Positions 6,799-12,589 of a stretch of DNA of 12,589 bases are shown here, in pieces. Location: assembly GCA_050486505.1 (NCBI GenBank), contig JBJHDK010000063.1, positions 1 through 12,589 on the forward strand, in the 5' to 3' direction. The stretch is from Fibrobacteria bacterium (GTDB lineage Bacteria; Fibrobacterota; Fibrobacteria; UBA11236). Every line of letters starts with the position of its first letter. Position 1 is the stretch's first letter. The notes under the pieces were generated by a model. It saw nothing but the letters and a program-made list of their open reading frames with translations. It was not told where the DNA came from and ran no database searches. Position numbers and translations under genes: made by a program.

Positions 6799-7707
6799 CT
6801 AGAGTATCCCGAACGCCATGGCGGCCAGCACGCCGAGGTCGAGGCGAATGCCGGTGATGGCGTGCGAACCCCTCACCTCTCCCCAGCCACCTTCCTTGCG
6901 GGTGTTGTAGGTCGGCTGGTTGGATTCAAGGCGCTGGTGGTAGAGCGAGACCCAGTTCGTCCCCAGCGAGACCTTGCCGCCGTAGTTCCACCCCTGGGTG
7001 TACCCCTCGGTGTGGGCCAAGGATGCCAGGCCCCATTGGAGGAAGTCCCATCCGCCTTGTCCCTCGACCATCAGCCACGGGAAAAACGAAGGCTGCCAAC
7101 CCAGATGCAGGTTCAGGGGAAGCGTCATGGGCCCGAAGGTGTGGTCGGCGGAACTTTTGTTCTGACCAAGCTTCACCCATGTGAAGCTGATGCTCGATGA
7201 AGGCATCCAGTAAATGCCGCTCTCCGTCAGGAGCCTGGGGGTCATGACGATGTGCGCATCGATCCGGTTGTAGTAAGCCGTCTGCACGGAATCCCCCCGG
7301 ACACGCCCCTCACCCGTGATCCAAGCCCAGCGCCACCAGCGAGAGGTCGGCATTTCGGGAGGGCGCGCGTAGGCGTAGCGGTACATCAACTCGCGCTCGC
7401 GGATCGCCTTGTTGCGGGCCTCGATTTCATTCGCCTTGGTGCCGTACACGCCGGTGATCAGCCCGATGATCACCCCCGGCTCCTCGACGACCCAGCCGCT
7501 GAGCCGATCGAACTCGTACACGTCGTTGACGGCGGGATGGTAGGTCGGGTTCTGGCCCGCATCCTTCTTGTACCTCACGTCGTTGTACGACTCCCACTGG
7601 TAGCCAACGGCGTAGGGTGACATTGCCGACACCGATTCCGGTGCAAACAGCGCCATGGTCGTCATCATCAATCCTGCCAGGGATACGCGTTTTCCGAACC
7701 CACTCAT
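6799..7707 (-). CDS. Hypothetical exported protein, Trp/Gly/Tyr-rich, possibly outer-membrane
   Basis: RBS AGGAG upstream on the minus strand, signal-peptide-like N-terminus, beta-strand-like C-terminal half; convergent with the previous gene (4-bp gap). Confidence 0.7.
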   Translation of the reverse strand: MSGFGKRVSLAGLMMTTMALFAPESVSAMSPYAVGYQWESYNDVRYKKDAGQNPTYHPAVNDVYEFDRLSGWVVEEPGVIIGLITGVYGTKANEIEARNKAIRERELMYRYAYARPPEMPTSRWWRWAWITGEGRVRGDSVQTAYYNRIDAHIVMTPRLLTESGIYWMPSSSISFTWVKLGQNKSSADHTFGPMTLPLNLHLGWQPSFFPWLMVEGQGGWDFLQWGLASLAHTEGYTQGWNYGGKVSLGTNWVSLYHQRLESNQPTYNTRKEGGWGEVRGSHAITGIRLDLGVLAAMAFGIL

Positions 7708-7832
7708 GACAAACTCCTAGTTGAGACCTTGACCAACAAGCTCCGGATTGAAGGATGCGAGTGACACGCGATAAAACCGAAGCCCGGAAAAAAATGCTTA
7801 CGCGACGAAACAAGCTCACGCACGCGTAGATG

Positions 7833-8804
7833 TCATTTTGTCGCGAAGTCGCCCGCCGCGCGCGCGAGGTCCGCGGGCAACGGAGCCTTGAACGCTTGCC
7901 GAACGCCGTCCGCACCGGTCCACTCCAGCTCCGCGGCATGCAGGAACATGCGGTCGATACCCGCCTCGCGCATGCGGCGGCGCGCCTCCGAAGGCTTGTC
8001 GTAGCGCGTGTCGCCAACGATCGGATGCCCGATGTGCGCGAGGTGCGCACGGATCTGGTGCATGCGCCCCGTGTCGATCTTCACCTCGAGCAAGGCGAAA
8101 TCACCGACCTGCCCGACGGTCACATAGCGCGTCAGCGACCGCTTCCCGGTGCCCGCCTCCGCCACGCGTGACTTCGCTCCCGCCGCGCTGTCAGAGCGCT
8201 CCAGCGGAACATCGACGACGCCGCGCGCCGGATGCGGATGCCCGGCCACCAGCGCGAGGTAGGTTTTGCGCACGCGTCCGTCGCGCAGGGCCGCGGTGAG
8301 ATCGCGCAACGCCGGCCCCGTCCTCGCCACCAGCAGAAGGCCGGATGTCTCCTTGTCGAGGCGATGCACCAGCGACGGTTCGAACACTTCTCCGTCCCAA
8401 CCCGCCCCCGGTGCCGCGGAGTGCGCGCGCACCCGCTCGATCAACGACGCGCCCGGAGGAATCCCCGTGCCCGGATGCGCGGCCATGCCCGCCGGCTTGT
8501 CGACCACCAGCAGAGCCTCGTCCTCGAAGAGAACCGGAGGCATGGGGTAGCTCCGTGCGGGCCGCACCTCCGTCGGGGCCTTCTTCGAAGCCTCGTCTTC
8601 CCCGGGCCGGAGCCCGAACACGCGCAGCACGTCGCCGGGCTGCAGCATGTATCCACGCTCGGCCGGCTGTTTGCCGACCCTGATTTCCTTCTTGCGAAAC
8701 AAGGTCTGCAGCCTCCCCTCGGGCAGAGCGGGAAGACGCTTGCGCAAAAACCGCTCGGCCCGTTGGCCTGCGTCGTTGGGAGAGATGGGAAGTTCGAGGA
8801 GCAT
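7833..8804 (-). CDS. RluA-family 23S rRNA pseudouridine synthase with S4 domain (RluC/RluD-like)
   Basis: GQR.ERFLRK S4-like N-terminus, VVDKPAGM..HPG, catalytic HRLDKETSGLLL, GRMHQIRAHLA.IGHPIVGD..Y, FLHA. Confidence 0.93.
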   Translation of the reverse strand: MLLELPISPNDAGQRAERFLRKRLPALPEGRLQTLFRKKEIRVGKQPAERGYMLQPGDVLRVFGLRPGEDEASKKAPTEVRPARSYPMPPVLFEDEALLVVDKPAGMAAHPGTGIPPGASLIERVRAHSAAPGAGWDGEVFEPSLVHRLDKETSGLLLVARTGPALRDLTAALRDGRVRKTYLALVAGHPHPARGVVDVPLERSDSAAGAKSRVAEAGTGKRSLTRYVTVGQVGDFALLEVKIDTGRMHQIRAHLAHIGHPIVGDTRYDKPSEARRRMREAGIDRMFLHAAELEWTGADGVRQAFKAPLPADLARAAGDFATK

Positions 8805-8815
8805 GGGAGAGTTTT

Positions 8816-8953
8816 GAATTAAGAATTAAGAATTAGGAATTGAACACAAAGCTTGGTGCGATACGCTGCACTTGCAAGACTGGAAGATAGGCCCCCGACA
8901 CTTTTCTTTCTGTCTTCACTCATTCTTAATTCTTAATTCTCAATTCTTAATCC
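8816..8953. repeat. Two mutually inverted heptamer (GAATTAA-type) arrays around a ~75-bp spacer
   Basis: gaattaa gaattaa gaattag gaattga (8816-8843) and ctcattc ttaattc ttaattc tcaattc ttaatcc (8919-8953). Confidence 0.88.
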
Positions 8954-10528
8954 CTGTGTTACCGCAGCGAACCTCACTCCGTCGCCACCCGACGAGACGA
9001 TTCCACCCGACCAGCCCGCGCCTTCTCCGAGCGGATACAACCCGGGCATGTTGACCGATTCCAGCGTTTCGGGATCACGCAGGATACGCACGGGGGAAGA
9101 TGTGCGCGACTCCGGGCCGATCATCAATCCGCGCGCGATGAAGCCGGGGATCTTTCGGTCGAACTCAAGGAAGGAATTGCGCAAGGATGTCGCGACTTCC
9201 GTATCGAAGAGGTCGTGAAAATCGACCCAGCGCAGGGGCTTAAGAAAGGATGTCTTCCACATCGGTCCCTCGTCGATGCGCCCTTCGACAAAGGCGGCGA
9301 TGGTCTGCGCGGGGAAGGTCCCGTCGCCGCCGGCAAGATCAAACGCGCGGCGTTCAAGGGTACGCTGGTAGTCCACGCCCGCGAGTACGCCGTCGCCGAG
9401 GCGCTCGGGATTCACGGTGGCGACCACAGCGGAGTTGGCGAAGACGGTGCCGCGATTGGAGTAGCTCATGCCATTGGTGAACAACGCGCCCTCCGCATCG
9501 GCGCAGGGAACCACGACGCCGCCGGGGCACATGCAGAACGAATACGCCGCGTTCCCGACCTCGTCCAGCCAGGTGAGGAAGTATTCCGCCGCTCCCGTGA
9601 GCCGCGCATCGACGCGGTCGCCCAACTGGCGCGCGTTGATCATCTCCTGCGGATGTTCCACGCGCACGCCGACCGCGAAGGCCTTCTTCTCCATGGCGAT
9701 GCCGTGCGCGGCGAGCGTCCGGTAGAGCGGGTGGGCGGAGAGCCCGGGCGCCAGCACCACGGCATCGAAGCGCAGGGGCTCCCCCGCCACCGCGACGCCG
9801 ACGCAGCGCCCCCCCTCCACCAAAAGGTCCGTGACTTCCGATTCGAACCGGAAGACGCAACCGGCCTCCTCGCAACGCACGCGGAAGCGGTCGATGATGA
9901 ACTGGAGCTTGTCGGTGCCGATGTGGGGGTGGTGCAGGTACTCGATGGAAGAGTCCGCGCCGCAATCGACCAGTTCTCGGAGAAAGGCGCCGGTGTACGC
10001 GTTGCGCGTGCGCGAGGTCAGTTTGCCGTCGCTGAAGGTTCCCGCGCCGCCCAGGCCGAACATGATGTTTGACTTCGGGTCAAGCACGCCCTGCTTGATA
10101 TGCCTGCGGATGTCGCGGAAGCGCTCCTGGACGCCCTTGCCCATCTCGAAAACCGTGACCTTGTAGCCTTTGCGGGCGAGACCCAATGCGGCAGCGAGGC
10201 CTGCCGGGCCGCTCCCGACCACCGCGACATTTTCTCCCGGCAATGCGTGGCGACCGGGATCCGGCGGCGCTGCGGCATCCGCTTGCACGGCGGAGACGCG
10301 GGGATGCTTAAGCGGGCGCGCGCTGGTGAACTCCACCGCATAGCGCCAGAGCGGCCGGTTGCGCGCCCGGGCATCGAGCGACTTGCGCACGATGCGCACG
10401 TCCGCCACGGCCTTGACCGGCAATCGCAGGAACTCCGCCACGGCCTTGGGAAGCGCGGCCGCCTCGTCCCCCGCGGCCTGCACCGGCAGGGGAATTTCAC
10501 GGACGAGATAGCGGAGAGGGGAAGTCAT
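8933..10528 (-). CDS. FAD-dependent oxidoreductase (uncharacterised COG2509-like family)
   Basis: RKSLDAR N-terminal motif, Rossmann VVGSGPAGL, FGLGGAGTFSDGKL, HPHIGTDKL, SFCMCPGG, NGMS, ESRTSSPVRI, GEGAGWSGGIVS. Confidence 0.9.
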   Translation of the reverse strand: MTSPLRYLVREIPLPVQAAGDEAAALPKAVAEFLRLPVKAVADVRIVRKSLDARARNRPLWRYAVEFTSARPLKHPRVSAVQADAAAPPDPGRHALPGENVAVVGSGPAGLAAALGLARKGYKVTVFEMGKGVQERFRDIRRHIKQGVLDPKSNIMFGLGGAGTFSDGKLTSRTRNAYTGAFLRELVDCGADSSIEYLHHPHIGTDKLQFIIDRFRVRCEEAGCVFRFESEVTDLLVEGGRCVGVAVAGEPLRFDAVVLAPGLSAHPLYRTLAAHGIAMEKKAFAVGVRVEHPQEMINARQLGDRVDARLTGAAEYFLTWLDEVGNAAYSFCMCPGGVVVPCADAEGALFTNGMSYSNRGTVFANSAVVATVNPERLGDGVLAGVDYQRTLERRAFDLAGGDGTFPAQTIAAFVEGRIDEGPMWKTSFLKPLRWVDFHDLFDTEVATSLRNSFLEFDRKIPGFIARGLMIGPESRTSSPVRILRDPETLESVNMPGLYPLGEGAGWSGGIVSSGGDGVRFAAVTQGLRIEN

Positions 10529-10593
10529 AAGGAGGGGGTCAAGTTAGGTATTAGGTGTCAGGCATCAGAAACAACCGATTGGATCGTATCACC

Positions 10594-10621
10594 GTAGGGG
10601 CAAATAATTATTTGCCCCTAC
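10594..10621. repeat. Perfect 28-bp palindrome of GTAG-REP type; may act as terminator or RNA-stabilising hairpin after rlmH
   Basis: gtaggggcaaataa|ttatttgcccctac is self reverse-complementary. Confidence 0.85.
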
Positions 10622-10634
10622 CGATGCCCTGAAA

Positions 10635-11111
10635 TCAATGGTGATACGGAAACCCCCGCAGCAGGCAGAACCCCCGGTAGATCTGTTCCAGCGAAAAGGC
10701 GCGGGCCCATTCGTGTGTCATGGTCATCGCGCTGAGGCAAAGATGGACGGGGATTTTCTCCTTCAGCTCCTGCGCGACCCCGTGGGAGGACCCGATCACG
10801 AAGTCGAGGGTCGCCCCCTTGTGCATGGCCGCGTCGAGAAAGCGGGAGAACCCCTCCGTGTCGAGCGCCTTGCCCCGCTCGTCCCAAAGCACCGCGGTGC
10901 GAAACCCCGTCCCCTTGCCCGTCGGGTCGAGTAGGGCGGTGATCGCCTTCGCCTCCTCGGCAAGGCGCGACACCGGATCGGACGCGCGCCCGTCGCGCAA
11001 CTCGACGACCTCGAGCGGTGCGAAGCGGGGAATGCGCCCCGCATAGTCTTCAGCGAGGCTGCGCAGCGCGGGATTCTTCATCTTGCCCACGCAAATAAGA
11101 CGGATTTTCAA
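10635..11111 (-). CDS. rlmH: 23S rRNA (pseudouridine1915-N3)-methyltransferase, SPOUT fold; TTG start at 11111
   Basis: (M)KIRLICVGKMK, DERGK, FVIGSSHG, LS.MT.THE.AR...LEQIYRG....G.PYH; RBS GAAGGA upstream of the TTG; 158 aa fits the family. Confidence 0.92.
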   Translation of the reverse strand: MKIRLICVGKMKNPALRSLAEDYAGRIPRFAPLEVVELRDGRASDPVSRLAEEAKAITALLDPTGKGTGFRTAVLWDERGKALDTEGFSRFLDAAMHKGATLDFVIGSSHGVAQELKEKIPVHLCLSAMTMTHEWARAFSLEQIYRGFCLLRGFPYHH

Positions 11112-11161
11112 GACGATTCCTTCAAGAGTCCCGATTCCGGAACGATTCGCGAAACCAAGGC

Positions 11162-11199
11162 TGGAAATGTACCCCATCCCTTGTTAACTTTACGCGCCC
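11162..11199 (+). promoter_or_regulatory. Candidate sigma70 stable-RNA promoter for tRNA-Glu
   Basis: TGGAAA (11162-67), 17-bp spacer, TAACTT (11185-90) with extended TG and a GC-rich discriminator (cgcgccc). Confidence 0.45.
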
Positions 11200-11244
11200 G
11201 TTCTTGCCAATGTGCAGGAATTGCGGCGAGATCGCGTGTTTTTC

Positions 11245-11320
11245 GTTCCCATCGTCTAGTGGCCTAGGACACCGCCCTTTCACGGCGGTAACAGGGGTTC
11301 AAGTCCCCTTGGGAACGCCA
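11245..11320 (+). tRNA. tRNA-Glu (TTC)
   Basis: Full cloverleaf: gttccca/tgggaac acceptor, ccgcc-ct-TTC-ac-ggcgg anticodon arm, GTTCAAG T loop, encoded CCA; 76 nt. Confidence 0.97.
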
Positions 11321-11348
11321 ACACTCTCCCCCTGTCAACGTATCAGCA

Positions 11349-11412
11349 TCCGGGCGACCCCACAGGTCGCCCCTGTATTTTCCTCCGGGCGACCCACCAG
11401 GTCGCCCCTACA
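11349..11412 (-). repeat. Two tandem GTAG-family REP-like palindromes (35-bp period)
   Basis: tccgggcgacc-ccaca-ggtcgcccctgta (11349-11377) and tccgggcgacc-cacca-ggtcgcccctaca (11384-11412); the second reads GTAGGGGCGACC...GGTCGCCC on the minus strand. Confidence 0.85.
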
Positions 11413-11451
11413 GTTTCCTGTAGTCATTTGCGACCTTTCGTGGCCATTCCG

Positions 11452-12549
11452 ATGCTAACCTCTGAATTCGATTTCCACTTCCCCGAATCGCAAATCGCCT
11501 TGCGACCGCTGCCCCGCGGCGAGGCGCGCCTCATGGTCGTTTCCGCCTCCGGCGAACTGCCCCCGGACTTCCCCCTCGCGCCCGAAGCCTCTTCCGCACC
11601 GGAATCTGCCGGATGGACGTTCGGCCAAGCCAGGGACCTGCTCCGCATTCTCCGCCCCGGTGATGCACTGGCGCTGAATGACACCAAGGTTCTCCGAGCC
11701 CGGCTGCACGGACACCTCGATTCCGGAGGATCCGTCGGGGTGCTCTTGCTCAAGCCGCACACCGGATCGCCCGGATCCGACGGTTCGAGCTGGGAGTGCA
11801 TGGCCAAACCCGGACGCAAACTGCAGCCGGGACGAAAGGTGGCGTTCGCGGGCGGCCTGACCGCCGAAGTGCTGGAAGTCCTGCCTGAGGGAGAGCGCGT
11901 CCTGCGTTTCAATTTGGGGGGCGCGTCTTTTTTCGATGCCCTGGAAGGGGCCGGAGACATTCCGCTCCCTCCCTACATCCGCCGCGAGGCCGACGCCGAG
12001 GATGCCGTGACCTACCAGACCGTCTTCGCGGAACACCCCGGCTCCGTGGCCGCGCCCACGGCCTCGCTCCACCTCTCCGAAGAGATGTTGCGCGAGATCG
12101 AGGCGAAAGGCGTGCGCATCGCGAAACTCACTTTGCACGTGGGCGCGGGGACCTTCCGCCCCGTCCAGACGGAACATGCCGAAGAACACCCCATGCACTC
12201 CGAGACCTTCAGCCTCTCACCGGAATCCGCGGGGATTCTGAATACCGTGAGAAAAAACGGTGGACGTGTTTTTGCGGTGGGCACCACCGTCGCGCGCGTG
12301 CTCGAAACCTGCGCGGACGATGCGGGCGTGCTCCATCCGCGCACCGGCGAAACAGACATCTTCATCCACCCCGGCTACCGCTGGAAGGCGGTGGACGCGC
12401 TGTTGACGAACTTTCATTGGCCGAAGTCGACCTTGTTCATGCTGGTGGCATCGCGCCTCGGAACGGAAAAAGCGAAGGCCGCCTACGCCGAGGCGATCCG
12501 GCGGGGATTCAGGCTCTTCAGTTACGGCGATGCGATGTTGATTGTGTGA
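11452..12549 (+). CDS. queA: S-adenosylmethionine:tRNA ribosyltransferase-isomerase
   Basis: M..SEFDF..P...IA, LNDTKV..ARL, G.IPLPPYI.R, YQTVFA...GSVAAPTA.LH, LTLHVGAGTF.P, AVGTT..R.LE, LLTNFH.PKSTL, F.FSYGDAMLI. Confidence 0.96.
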   Translation: MLTSEFDFHFPESQIALRPLPRGEARLMVVSASGELPPDFPLAPEASSAPESAGWTFGQARDLLRILRPGDALALNDTKVLRARLHGHLDSGGSVGVLLLKPHTGSPGSDGSSWECMAKPGRKLQPGRKVAFAGGLTAEVLEVLPEGERVLRFNLGGASFFDALEGAGDIPLPPYIRREADAEDAVTYQTVFAEHPGSVAAPTASLHLSEEMLREIEAKGVRIAKLTLHVGAGTFRPVQTEHAEEHPMHSETFSLSPESAGILNTVRKNGGRVFAVGTTVARVLETCADDAGVLHPRTGETDIFIHPGYRWKAVDALLTNFHWPKSTLFMLVASRLGTEKAKAAYAEAIRRGFRLFSYGDAMLIV

Positions 12550-12565
12550 CGCGGTGCCGGGTGCG

Positions 12566-12589
12566 GTAGGGGCCAATGATCATTTGCGC
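12566..12589 (+). repeat. GTAG-REP-like palindrome related to 10594-10621, truncated by the window end
   Basis: gtaggggccaatgatcatttgcgc; 20/24 identical to gtaggggcaaataattatttgccc. Confidence 0.7.

Noticed and set aside
7764..7828. Three ACGCG words upstream of the 6799-7707 gene
   Set aside because: Short, irregularly spaced and common in GC-rich DNA; not distinguishable from chance.
11112..11177. 22-aa N-terminal extension of RlmH
   Set aside because: Family homology starts at the TTG at 11111, which has its own RBS; the extension overlaps the candidate tRNA promoter.

Overview
GC-rich bacterial window in two parts. Left (1-~5367): the right end of an integrative element (prophage, satellite or IME-like). 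It carries a UmuC/Pol V-type Y-family polymerase, a convergent SRAP (YedK/HMCES) gene, and a ~640-bp gap rich in hairpins and repeats. It then carries an unusual HNH nuclease with a long unrecognised C-terminal region, an excisionase-like HTH gene and a tyrosine integrase. It ends in tandem putative arm sites and a 3' fragment of elongator tRNA-Met(CAT), read as the att site. Right (~5370-12589): apparent host chromosome with a secreted cupredoxin, two hypothetical exported proteins, an RluA-family pseudouridine synthase, an FAD-dependent oxidoreductase, rlmH, tRNA-Glu(TTC) and queA. GTAG-type REP-like palindromes and heptamer repeat arrays are interspersed. The best candidate for an undescribed system is the putative structured + strand RNA (2229-~2810), including two 34-nt hairpin repeats with a compensatory base change, directly upstream of the HNH-xis-int unit. 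That reading is inference from hand-folding only; no searches were run.
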